Assembly (NCBI GenBank): GCA_963675245.1
Contig: OY775910.1
Location: 608,001-672,000 of the forward strand
DNA length: 64,000 nt
Direction: 5' to 3'
DNA from: Acholeplasmataceae bacterium
Lineage (GTDB): Bacteria; Bacillota_I; Bacilli_A; Acholeplasmatales; Acholeplasmataceae
In this document: positions 8,831 to 23,248 of the stretch, in pieces
Layout of the letters: every line of letters begins with the position of its first letter
Position numbering within the stretch: position 1 is the stretch's first letter
Translations under genes and position numbers: made by a program
The notes under the pieces: model-generated
The model's input: the letters and a program-made list of their open reading frames with translations, nothing else
Databases searched by the model: none
What the model was told of the DNA's origin: nothing

Positions 8831-10996
8831 TTAGTTCTTTATCATTGAGAGTCCGACTTTTCCTTTTTGTAGATCAATCTTAATGACATAAACCTTGACG
8901 ATATCACCTACATTGAGTACGTCTTTCGGATGTTTAATGTAGCGATTTGAGATTTTAGAAATATGGAGTAATCCATCTTCTTTTAATCCAATATCAACAA
9001 ATGCCCCAAAGTCTACAACATTACGCACAGTACCTTCTAATTCCATACCTATTGATAAATCATCAATCTTTAAGATATCACTTCTTAAAAGAGGTTGTGC
9101 AAATTGATCACGGGGGTCTCTTAATGGTGCAACAAACGCGTCAATAATATCATTCAATGTATATTCATCCACATCTAATTCTCTCATCAATTGTGCGCGA
9201 TCCATATATTGCAAGAAGAGTTGAACTTCAGGTTTGCCAAACATATCACCTGTAATATTATAACGTTTCATAATCTCTTTAGCAACACCATAACTTTCAG
9301 GGTGAACAGCCGTCATATCAAGTGCTTCATCACCTTCAGGGATACGTAAGAACCCAATGGATTGTTCAAATGATTTTTCACCTAATTTTGGCACTTTTAA
9401 TATATCTTCACGACGATTAAAACGGCCGACTTTGTTTCTGTATTTAACAATGTTTTCTGCACTTGATTTATTAAGACCAGACACATACATTAATAATGCT
9501 TTAGATGCTGTATTGACATTAACACCAACACTATTAACTGCTTGTGTTACAACAAAGTTTAATGAATCATTTAACTTTTTAGGTGCAACATCGTGTTGGT
9601 ATTGACCAACGCCTATACTTTTGGGATCAATTTTAACAAGTTCTGAAAGTGGATCTTGAAGACGTCTTGCAATAGATGCTGCAGATCTTTCTTCAACAGA
9701 GAAATCTGGAAACTCTTCTCTAGCAAGTTCACTTGCCGAATACACTGAAGCGCCAGCTTCATTAACGATGACATATTGGACTTTCATCGCTGTCGTTTTA
9801 ATTAAATCAACCACAAAACTTTCTGTTTCACGTGATGCTGTACCATTACCAATCGCGATGATTTGTACTTTATATTTATGGATTAAACGTAACAGTGTAC
9901 GTTGTGATTCCATGGTTTGTTGTTCTGTGATAGTACCACCTTTCGTCTTTTCATGCGGATAAATCACACCTTTTTCTAAAACAGTACCTAATTCATTAAC
10001 AACGCTTAGTTTACATCCTGTTCTAAAAGCGGGGTCAATACCTAAGACAACCTTACCTTTTAGAGGCGGTTGTAGTAATAGTTTTTGAAGATTATCAGCG
10101 AAAACCTCAATCGCTTGCTCTTCTGCTTTTTCAGTTAGTTCTGATCTAACATCTCTTTCAAGTGATGGATAAATAAGTCTTTTTAGAGAGTCAGCAATTG
10201 CATCTTTAATGAATGGCGTTGCAGTAGATAATTGATTTTTAATCACTTTCTTTTCAAGATAAGAAGTCATGATATCTTTATCTAAATCAATTTTAGCTGT
10301 GATGACCTTTTCTTTTTCTGCACGGTTAACTGCGAGAATTCTGTGTGGTTTTAATTGTTTAACAGGTTCTGTGTAATCATAATACATTTCATACACGGCA
10401 CGTTCATCTTCTGCATCTTTCTTTTTACTTGAAACAAGATTACCCATTTTAACCATTTCTGCTCTTAATGCTTTACGATAGTTAGCGTCATCAGAAATCT
10501 TTTCGGCAATAATGTACTGCGCCCCTTCAATTGCTTCTTTAACTGTTTTGACTTTATCTTTGACAAATTGTTTCGCATACGCTTTAACGTCATCTTCAGG
10601 AAATGTTAATAACCAATCAGCGAGTGGTTCTAAGCCTTTTGCGATTGCTTCGGTTGCTTTTGTCTTTTTCTTTTCCTTATATGGACGGTAAAGGTCTTCA
10701 ACTTCAACTAACTTTTCAGCTTTTAAAATCTCTGCTTTAAGTTCATCTGTTAACATACCTTTTTCATCAATTAAGCGGATAACAGCATCTTTTCTTTCTA
10801 AAAGATTGTTTTGATACTCCCATGTTTTATGGATTTCATTAATCTGTTCTTCATCAAGACCACCAGTCGCTTCTTTACGATATCTGGCGATAAAGGGAAT
10901 AGTGTTTCCTTCGTTTAATAAGTCTAATACAGTAGTCACTTGTTTAGCAGAAATGCCTAACCCTTTTCTAATTTCTGTAATAATTTGTTCGTTCAT
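8831..10996 (-). CDS. tex: Tex-family RNA-binding transcription accessory protein
   Basis: GNTIPFIARYRKEATG, GIDPAFRTGCK, IGVGQYQHD, C-terminal S1 domain; start after GGAGG. Confidence 0.95.
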   Translation of the reverse strand: MNEQIITEIRKGLGISAKQVTTVLDLLNEGNTIPFIARYRKEATGGLDEEQINEIHKTWEYQNNLLERKDAVIRLIDEKGMLTDELKAEILKAEKLVEVEDLYRPYKEKKKTKATEAIAKGLEPLADWLLTFPEDDVKAYAKQFVKDKVKTVKEAIEGAQYIIAEKISDDANYRKALRAEMVKMGNLVSSKKKDAEDERAVYEMYYDYTEPVKQLKPHRILAVNRAEKEKVITAKIDLDKDIMTSYLEKKVIKNQLSTATPFIKDAIADSLKRLIYPSLERDVRSELTEKAEEQAIEVFADNLQKLLLQPPLKGKVVLGIDPAFRTGCKLSVVNELGTVLEKGVIYPHEKTKGGTITEQQTMESQRTLLRLIHKYKVQIIAIGNGTASRETESFVVDLIKTTAMKVQYVIVNEAGASVYSASELAREEFPDFSVEERSAASIARRLQDPLSELVKIDPKSIGVGQYQHDVAPKKLNDSLNFVVTQAVNSVGVNVNTASKALLMYVSGLNKSSAENIVKYRNKVGRFNRREDILKVPKLGEKSFEQSIGFLRIPEGDEALDMTAVHPESYGVAKEIMKRYNITGDMFGKPEVQLFLQYMDRAQLMRELDVDEYTLNDIIDAFVAPLRDPRDQFAQPLLRSDILKIDDLSIGMELEGTVRNVVDFGAFVDIGLKEDGLLHISKISNRYIKHPKDVLNVGDIVKVYVIKIDLQKGKVGLSMIKN

Positions 10997-11042
10997 GCGA
11001 GCCTCCATTTATAGCACAAAAGGGCAATTTGCCCTCTTATTT

Positions 11043-11723
11043 TTATTCTAAGTTTGTAAGTGTTGATAAGATATCGTTAATATCAATTGTCAGTGTGAAT
11101 TCATTGGCATTAACATCAAATGTCAGTAACATATTTTCTGCTTCAGAATCAAGATTTAAATGAGTAAAGCTTGTATTTTCGAATATGCTGGCATTAATTG
11201 TAGCATCCAAATCTAAGAAGAATACCGCGCGATAATCATCATCTGGATTGTCTTCTAATAATGTCATTGTAGGAATACCACCTACTGTTGATGATATAGC
11301 ACCTGTATGATCTTTTACAGCTGCAGCGATTTCATCGTTAATCATTGAACTATGATAGAAATATATATAGAAGTAATTGTTACTTTGATACAATTTATTG
11401 ATATCTTCATAGCCATCTTGTTTTAATGTGTCTGAATCGACATACTGTCCAAGATCTTCATAGTATTTTGTTAATGGAACTAGTTCTGTAACTGAAATCA
11501 CAACGTAATCTTCAAATGGATCATCAGCTGCTCTATCAACATAATATTGAACTATGAAAATAATGGCGATAATAATGACAGCTAAACCGATCACGCTCAT
11601 TCCTATTTTGAAAAATAGTATTTCTTTTGGAGAAGCTTCTCTTGGATCGCGAGGTTGTTGCTGTTGTGGCTTTGATTGTTTCTTATTATTTATTTGATTT
11701 TGTTTTTTCTTCTTGTTTGCCAT
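11043..11723 (-). CDS. Single-TM hypothetical protein
   Basis: Basic N-terminus, one TM, acidic extracellular domain. Confidence 0.6.
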   Translation of the reverse strand: MANKKKKQNQINNKKQSKPQQQQPRDPREASPKEILFFKIGMSVIGLAVIIIAIIFIVQYYVDRAADDPFEDYVVISVTELVPLTKYYEDLGQYVDSDTLKQDGYEDINKLYQSNNYFYIYFYHSSMINDEIAAAVKDHTGAISSTVGGIPTMTLLEDNPDDDYRAVFFLDLDATINASIFENTSFTHLNLDSEAENMLLTFDVNANEFTLTIDINDILSTLTNLE

Positions 11724-11793
11724 GTGGTCACATCCTATTCTATGAAAATTATAGCGGAAATCACTACAAATTACAATAATATGGGTAAATATG

Positions 11794-12150
11794 TTAAGTA
11801 ATTTCTAAAATCACATATGCTATAGCATATTCTTTTGTATGTGCAATTGATAAATGAACAATAACATCCTTAAGGATATCTGGTTTGTCAACTAAATACG
11901 GTTTACCGTTGGCACCATTCAAGATCACGAAATCTTTGAAGTTCATCTGCCCTGTTCCTGTGGAAATTGCCTTTGAGAGTGCTTCTTTGCAAGCGAATCT
12001 TCCACCAAGAAAAGTAAGCCTTCTTGACACATCAGTTATCGTATCATAAATCACGCGTTCTTTCTCATTTAAAACACGGTTGATAAATGATTCACCTTTA
12101 TCTTTAAGACGTCCTAAATCAACGATATCAGTTCCTATACTTTTAATCAT
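11794..12150 (-). CDS. acpS: Holo-ACP synthase
   Basis: IGTDIV, GRFACKEALSKA, GKP, HLSIAH. Confidence 0.95.
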   Translation of the reverse strand: MIKSIGTDIVDLGRLKDKGESFINRVLNEKERVIYDTITDVSRRLTFLGGRFACKEALSKAISTGTGQMNFKDFVILNGANGKPYLVDKPDILKDVIVHLSIAHTKEYAIAYVILEIT

Positions 12151-13088
12151 GATATGTGCCTACGTTTCTTAATATCAGATGCGAGTTGTTTAATCTTTTG
12201 AATACGATGATTAAGTCCTGATTTACTAATTGACTCACCATACTTAGTTGTATACTCATCTGCTAATTCTCTTAAATTAATATCTGGATATTGTTTTCTT
12301 AAGTCGATGATTTGTTTCACCTTAGGGTCAATTTCTTCTTTTTTCATATATTTGTTAATGAGTTTAATGTCATTCAATTGATCCCTGGCTGCATCGAGTG
12401 TTTTCTTTTCGTTTGCGACTTCGCAATTGATCACACGATTAATCGAATTATTAAAATCTCTTTTAATCCGAATATCTTCATATAGAAACATTGCATTTTG
12501 GGCACCGACAATCTGTAAAAACATACTGATACCTTCTGCATCTTTTAAATATACGATATAACCGTTTCTTCTTTTCGCGATTTTCGCATTTAAATCAAAG
12601 CTATTCATTAAACCTTGAATAAAAATGATTAAATTAGCGTTATTTGAAAATATTTCTAAATGATATTCTGCAGTTTTCGGATGATTCACAGAGCCACTAG
12701 ATAAAAATGCCGCCCTCAAATAAGCTTTTTTAGCTTCAGGTGATTGTGTTAATAATTCTTCTGCTTCAAGGTTATTTTCTAATAAACTGTGTTCATTTAA
12801 AATATCTTCAACTTTAGATTGAATGCTTACAATCACGGTTTGTCTTTTTTTAAGTTTCGTTTGTTTTTGTGTAATGAGTTGAATTTCTGCTTGATAAAGT
12901 GTTCTGATTAACTGCAAAAACCGTTTTGCAACGGTTGGGTTGTTCGTTTTAAAATCAAGACTTTTGTGTTTTGATTCTATATGTAATTCAGTGTTTAAGT
13001 TCAAGAACGCAGCACATTCAGCTAATTGTTCTTCCAACTCAACCGGAATTGTTACCAATTCCTCTTTAACAGTTTTTGCAAAACTCAT
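12147..13088 (-). CDS. whiA: DNA-binding protein WhiA
   Basis: MSFAKTVKEEL, YLRAAFL..GS, YHLEI, NRVINCEVAN, SKSGLNHR. Confidence 0.95.
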   Translation of the reverse strand: MSFAKTVKEELVTIPVELEEQLAECAAFLNLNTELHIESKHKSLDFKTNNPTVAKRFLQLIRTLYQAEIQLITQKQTKLKKRQTVIVSIQSKVEDILNEHSLLENNLEAEELLTQSPEAKKAYLRAAFLSSGSVNHPKTAEYHLEIFSNNANLIIFIQGLMNSFDLNAKIAKRRNGYIVYLKDAEGISMFLQIVGAQNAMFLYEDIRIKRDFNNSINRVINCEVANEKKTLDAARDQLNDIKLINKYMKKEEIDPKVKQIIDLRKQYPDINLRELADEYTTKYGESISKSGLNHRIQKIKQLASDIKKRRHIS

Positions 13089-13089
13089 A

Positions 13090-14004
13090 TTATTCTAACG
13101 ATTCTAAGTAACGTAAGCAATTTTGAGCAGCAACGGCACCGTCACCGGTTGCTGTAACAACCTGTCTGATTTGTTTAACGGTCACATCACCTGCTGCAAA
13201 TATGCCAGGTACTTTCGTTTCCATCTTTTCGTTTGCTTCAATATAACCAAATTTATTTGTAATGCCTAAATCTTTAATCATATCTGTAACAGGAATTAAA
13301 CCAACGTATTCAAATACACCATCAGCTTCAATGGTCGTTTCTTTACCGTTTTCGTCTTTAATAACAACACCTGTTAACCCCTTGTCATCTTTTAAGAATT
13401 TTGAAACAAGTGACGAATAATGAAAGTCAACATTTTTTTGTTTATATAACAGGTCTTGTGCTTTTTTATCAGCCGTTAATGTCGCTAAGTTTTGTACGAC
13501 TGTGACATGTGTTGCAAGTGTAGCTAAATAATTTGCTTCTTCTACAGCACTGTTGCCACCACCAATGACGACGACTTTTCTGTCTTTGTATAATGGACCA
13601 TCACAGATAGCACACCAGCTAATACCGTTAGCTGCAAGCTCATCTTCATTTTCAACACCTAAGCGTCTTGGTACTGTACCAGAGGCAATAATCACTGCTT
13701 TAGTTTCATATGAACCATTTGGTGTTACTAATTTTTTAACTTTTCCATCAAGTTCAATGTTGGTTACTTCATCATAAATCACTTCAATATCTAATTGGTA
13801 TGCATGATCAATCATCATCGTTGCTAATTCGAAACCAGCTACTTTTTTAGCACCCGTATAATTTTCAATTTCATTCGTGTTCACCAGTTGTCCACCTGGT
13901 GTTCCTTTTTCAAACATCGCGACTTTTAAATTCGCACGTTTCGCATAGATAGCTGCAGTAATCCCTGCAGGACCTGCACCAATAATTAATACGTCATAAA
14001 GCAT
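13090..14004 (-). CDS. trxB: Thioredoxin reductase
   Basis: GAGPAG, CAICDG, GGGNSA, GIFAAGD. Confidence 0.95.
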   Translation of the reverse strand: MLYDVLIIGAGPAGITAAIYAKRANLKVAMFEKGTPGGQLVNTNEIENYTGAKKVAGFELATMMIDHAYQLDIEVIYDEVTNIELDGKVKKLVTPNGSYETKAVIIASGTVPRRLGVENEDELAANGISWCAICDGPLYKDRKVVVIGGGNSAVEEANYLATLATHVTVVQNLATLTADKKAQDLLYKQKNVDFHYSSLVSKFLKDDKGLTGVVIKDENGKETTIEADGVFEYVGLIPVTDMIKDLGITNKFGYIEANEKMETKVPGIFAAGDVTVKQIRQVVTATGDGAVAAQNCLRYLESLE

Positions 14005-14022
14005 TGTTTTATAGTCTCCTTA

Positions 14023-14655
14023 CTAAATAATATCTTTTAAATTGCTGAGATCGTCAATGACGAAATCAGGAAATTCATTTAACATTTGTTGTAAACGATA
14101 TGAATATGTGACCGCACATGACGTCATGCCAGCACGTTTCGCTGCAATCATATCGTTTTCATGATCACCCACATAAATAGCATCACTTGCTTTTGTATCA
14201 AATACCTCTAAAGCCTTTAATAATGGATCTGGGTGCGGTTTGTGTTTTTCAACATCATCGTAACCGATTAATCCGTCAATTAAATTTGATAGTTTTGTAA
14301 TATCCAAATGATGAGAAGCCACTTTATTTATCTTAGATGTGACAACACCCACTTTACAACCCTGATCCTTTAAGTATTTAATCGTCTCATGGGCATTTGG
14401 ATATGCTTCTAATTCTTTTTCTAATAAGGCTTCACTCGCCATTCTATAATAGGTAATGATTTCTTCTATGAGTGCGTCATCATCTGTATATTCACCAAAT
14501 GTTTGCCATAACGTTGTGCCTAAAAAACTCGTTACTTTTTCTTCTGTAAGTTCGACATCTGGAAAATATCTTTTAAATGTCATTTTGAAAACTTCTAATA
14601 TAATACCCGTAGAACGAATGAGTGTACCATCTAAATCAAACAGTACTAGTTTCAT
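14023..14655 (-). CDS. ppaX: HAD hydrolase, PpaX-like pyrophosphatase
   Basis: FDLDGTL, KPHPDP, VGD; hprK-lgt-ppaX synteny. Confidence 0.75.
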   Translation of the reverse strand: MKLVLFDLDGTLIRSTGIILEVFKMTFKRYFPDVELTEEKVTSFLGTTLWQTFGEYTDDDALIEEIITYYRMASEALLEKELEAYPNAHETIKYLKDQGCKVGVVTSKINKVASHHLDITKLSNLIDGLIGYDDVEKHKPHPDPLLKALEVFDTKASDAIYVGDHENDMIAAKRAGMTSCAVTYSYRLQQMLNEFPDFVIDDLSNLKDII

Positions 14656-15604
14656 CTATTTTTACCAATAAATCATAGTAATATGGTTGATTTTTAATGA
14701 AATAATGTTTTAAAACAATGATTAAAATACCACCCAACATGAGCACACCAAAGCTAAGAGCGATATTTGTTGGGATACTTGTTCCGGGAATCATTAATGC
14801 ATCCCCGTCTTCTCCGAGTGTACGAAGTGGTTCAATTAAAGCTCCTCTACCCAAGCCATACCAAATGAGGTAGACGCCCATTAAATCGCCTACTTTAAAC
14901 CATTTCTTTCTTCTAGCGATGAGTAAGAATACTAAACCTACAAAGTTCCACGCACCCTCATATAAGAAAGTCGGATGATGAATTACACCGTTAATCGTCA
15001 TTTGTTCTTTGATGAAATGAGGTAATATGTTCAATACGAAAGATCCGTCAGCAATTGCTGGTCCATATGCTTCAGCATTCATGAAGTTTCCCCAACGGCC
15101 AGCGATTTGACCCACAAGAAAACCAACAGCTAAAATATCTGCAACCAACCAAAAACTCACTTTTTTGTGTCTCGTGAGGAAGAATAAAGCAATGATTGTG
15201 ACGATGACTGCGCCATGAATAGCGAGTCCCCCTCTAGTTATATTGATATAATCAAAAAAGGTATTATAGTTTGGATACGGATCAAAAATAATGTAATAAA
15301 GTCTAGCACCAACGATAGATAAAGGCACACATAAAAGTAGTCCGTCAAATAAGATGTTTGTGTCTAACCCAACTCTTTTAAATTCAAAGTAGGCAAGTAT
15401 ACCCCCACCGGTAATACCATATAAAATAAATAGTGCATACCATTGAATCGCTAAACCACTTGATCCAAATCTAATAGCAGTTTCTTCATATGGATAACCA
15501 CTCTGTGTTAATGTCGCTATTAGTATTAACGTAATTAACCCTAGAAATACACCACCATATAATAATATAGGTTGTTTGTACTTATTTATAAAATCAGTCA
15601 TCAT
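14636..15604 (-). CDS. lgt: Prolipoprotein diacylglyceryl transferase
   Basis: GARLYY, GGLAIHG, GRWGNFMN.E, HPTFLYE. Confidence 0.95.
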   Translation of the reverse strand: MMTDFINKYKQPILLYGGVFLGLITLILIATLTQSGYPYEETAIRFGSSGLAIQWYALFILYGITGGGILAYFEFKRVGLDTNILFDGLLLCVPLSIVGARLYYIIFDPYPNYNTFFDYINITRGGLAIHGAVIVTIIALFFLTRHKKVSFWLVADILAVGFLVGQIAGRWGNFMNAEAYGPAIADGSFVLNILPHFIKEQMTINGVIHHPTFLYEGAWNFVGLVFLLIARRKKWFKVGDLMGVYLIWYGLGRGALIEPLRTLGEDGDALMIPGTSIPTNIALSFGVLMLGGILIIVLKHYFIKNQPYYYDLLVKIDETSTV

Positions 15605-16526
15605 CTTTGTCCTTTCCGCTTGCTTTTCTAGCAACTGCTTCTGCTAACTCCATCGCTGCATGATGGCCAAGATATTTTAATTTTTGATTCATTGCTGCAC
15701 TTTCTACAAGTGTTGCAGCATTTCTACCAGGTAAAATTGGAATCGTCACTTTAGCGATTTCCGTATTGAAATATTTAACCATTTCGGTTTCTAAACCTAA
15801 TCTGTCATATTCCTTACCTTCTTTCCACTGTTCCAATTCAACGACAAGACGAATCTTTTTGTTTTCACGATAAGCACCTGCGCCAAACATGGAAACAACG
15901 TCAACAATACCAATACCTCTGACTTCAATATATCGTTCTAGTAATTCTGGTGCATTACCTACAAGATTACCGGGTGAGGCTTCGAAAATATCAACACGGT
16001 CATCAGAAATTAGTATATGTCCTCGTTTAATTAATTCAAGTGCAACTTCACTTTTACCAATACCGCTCGCACCAACAATTAACGTACCCATACCATGGAT
16101 GTCAACTAAAACACCATGAACGCTCATCCTCGGTGCAAGTTTTGAATGTAAGTAAGCGTAGAGCAAACTAAATAATGGTGTTGTACGCATATCAGATTTT
16201 AATATAGCGACATTAAATTCCTCACCTAAATCGAGAAACATAGGTTCAACTTCAACATTGATGCTAAAAATAATGCCTGGAGGTTGGTGTGACATAATAT
16301 CAGATATTCTTTCTCTTCTAATATCAGGTGGTAATAATTGCATGAATTGATATTCTTTTGAACCAATTAAGATCATACGATCCTTATCAAAAAAATCAAG
16401 AAACCCTGCCATTTCTACACCTGGTCTAGAAAGCATTTCTGCTGTTACTTGTCTTTCAAGTGCTTTTTCTCCAGCCAACACTTTAAGATTAAAATCTTTC
16501 ACGAGATGTTTAACTTTTAGTTTCAC
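15594..16526 (-). CDS. hprK: HPr kinase/phosphorylase
   Basis: HGVLVDI.G.G, GASGIGKSE, SDD, IEVRGIG, PGRN; GTG start after GGAGG. Confidence 0.97.
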   Translation of the reverse strand: MKLKVKHLVKDFNLKVLAGEKALERQVTAEMLSRPGVEMAGFLDFFDKDRMILIGSKEYQFMQLLPPDIRRERISDIMSHQPPGIIFSINVEVEPMFLDLGEEFNVAILKSDMRTTPLFSLLYAYLHSKLAPRMSVHGVLVDIHGMGTLIVGASGIGKSEVALELIKRGHILISDDRVDIFEASPGNLVGNAPELLERYIEVRGIGIVDVVSMFGAGAYRENKKIRLVVELEQWKEGKEYDRLGLETEMVKYFNTEIAKVTIPILPGRNAATLVESAAMNQKLKYLGHHAAMELAEAVARKASGKDKDDD

Positions 16527-17056
16527 TTTTTGCCTCCTGTAAATGAAATACGTTTTGTATATACCCAACGTCTTAAATACGTTGATAGCACAAGTCTAAA
16601 GAACGTGAATCCAATCGTAAATATAATGAGCCTCACAATGTTGGAAAAATGAAAACCACCTTGTAAGATTAAATCCACGAGATATAGCATCACAAATGTA
16701 GTAATAACGGATAGCAATCCAAAACTATACAAGATTGCACGAAATGCATATCGAAACATTAATATCTTTACAAGATTTTCCATGAGTGTTAGTAAGACTG
16801 CAGCCAATAAGAAACTTGCGATGTTATCCATCTCTACAAGTGGATCGCCAATACCAATAGATAATCCCATCACTACTGCTAAAATCAATGTGTTCACTGC
16901 TAAAGAAAGTGTTAGATGAACAAAATAATCCCTATGTAGCATGAAACCAAAATTTGTGAATGTTCTTTTTTTACTATTCTGTTGTTTTAATTCTTCAATT
17001 AAACGCTTTAATTCTTCTTCCGTTTTTTTATCCGGATCTTGTCGATTGTTATTCAC
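16523..17056 (-). CDS. 4-TM membrane protein (YvlD / holin superfamily IV-like)
   Basis: 4 TMs; position upstream of hprK as for B. subtilis yvlD. Confidence 0.6.
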   Translation of the reverse strand: MNNNRQDPDKKTEEELKRLIEELKQQNSKKRTFTNFGFMLHRDYFVHLTLSLAVNTLILAVVMGLSIGIGDPLVEMDNIASFLLAAVLLTLMENLVKILMFRYAFRAILYSFGLLSVITTFVMLYLVDLILQGGFHFSNIVRLIIFTIGFTFFRLVLSTYLRRWVYTKRISFTGGKK

Positions 17057-17095
17057 GTTAGCCCCCTATACATCATAACATAAAACTTTATTTTT

Positions 17096-21914
<4,819 letters not shown>

Positions 21915-21943
21915 TCAATAATTTAGGTGAAATCCTTTATTCA

Positions 21944-23206
21944 TCAGAAGGTTTTATCATATGATAATAGATCGCGTTTTAGCTCTTTTATAAATATTGA
22001 CTTTAAGAGATGCTTGGAATCGTTGTTAAACCTAACAAATGAAAGATATAAAAAGTGTTTAGCACGTGTCATTCCAACAAAAAATAAGCGTCTTTCCTCT
22101 TGTAAATCTAGGTTCGTTTTCGCATGATAAGATGGTATAGATCCTTGTTCTAAACCAATGATGAAAACGACTGAAAATTCAAGTCCTTTTGCTTGGTGTA
22201 ATGTGAGTAGATTTATCGCCTTTTGAGATACAGAATTAGCGGAATTATCATGATATGCTATATCAAGATAATTCATTTTCTCTTTGAGTGTATAACACCG
22301 ATTATGATTACGAAATAAGACTGCAATATCATTAGCCGTAACACCTTTTTTTAGATGTTCTTCTATGCATTTGCACACGTATTTTGACTCATCGTTTTCA
22401 TTCAAACTTTCAATCAGAAACTGCTTATAGTTATGGTTGTTGTCGGTGACAAGTATTTTCTTATATCTGTTATTATTTCTCTTTATAAGGCTATTTGCCA
22501 GTGTTAAAATGTGATTCGTTGAACGATAATTCATTGTTAATTTTAAAACCTTAGCTTGATAATCTTTAATATATGAATTGATGATTTGAGCGTGAGCACC
22601 ACGAAATTTATAAATGCTTTGATCTGGATCTCCGACACACAAGACATTCGTCTTTTTTGTGATTAATTTTTTGATAATCATGTATTGTAAATAGTTCGTG
22701 TCTTGAAATTCATCAATGAAAATATAATCATAATTCACATAACGTTTTAATTTATGAAAATGATGATGAAAATCAATGAGTAAGTCATCAAAATCTTTTT
22801 CGTTTTTTTCTACTAAAATTGATTGATATACGTGATATTCTTTTGGCTTTTTTTGTCTATAAAAACTATTTTTATATCTTGTAATTAAAAGTAGTGATTC
22901 TTCTTTAATTGGTATGTCTTCAGAGATGATATGATAACTATAATCCAAATGTTCTTTTAACTTCTGAAAACAAAATTGATGGAATGTGTGAATAGCAATG
23001 TTTTCATTTTTAACACGTTCTCTCATTTCATTTGATGCTCGATTTGTGAATGTAATTGCGAGTATTTTATCTGGACTAACACCCGTTGAAACTAGGTGTT
23101 TAATGCGTTCAACAATCACTCTTGTTTTACCTGTACCTGCTCCTGCTAACAAAAAGAGAAAGGGCTCATTTGTATAGACCACTTTCTTTTGTAATTGATT
23201 TAACAT
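21944..23206 (-). CDS. Short UvrD/Rep-family helicase paralog
   Basis: AGAGTGKT, DEFQD, GDPDQSIY.FRGA, NYRS, TLHQAKGLEF, EERRLFFVGMTRAK within 420 aa. Confidence 0.9.
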   Translation of the reverse strand: MLNQLQKKVVYTNEPFLFLLAGAGTGKTRVIVERIKHLVSTGVSPDKILAITFTNRASNEMRERVKNENIAIHTFHQFCFQKLKEHLDYSYHIISEDIPIKEESLLLITRYKNSFYRQKKPKEYHVYQSILVEKNEKDFDDLLIDFHHHFHKLKRYVNYDYIFIDEFQDTNYLQYMIIKKLITKKTNVLCVGDPDQSIYKFRGAHAQIINSYIKDYQAKVLKLTMNYRSTNHILTLANSLIKRNNNRYKKILVTDNNHNYKQFLIESLNENDESKYVCKCIEEHLKKGVTANDIAVLFRNHNRCYTLKEKMNYLDIAYHDNSANSVSQKAINLLTLHQAKGLEFSVVFIIGLEQGSIPSYHAKTNLDLQEERRLFFVGMTRAKHFLYLSFVRFNNDSKHLLKSIFIKELKRDLLSYDKTF

Positions 23207-23248
23207 ATGACCACCTCTATTTATATTATTGAAGTGGTCAAGTGATTA

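Noticed and set aside
16523..17056. Holin-like protein as evidence of a prophage
   Set aside because: Matches chromosomal yvlD-hprK synteny; no phage genes nearby
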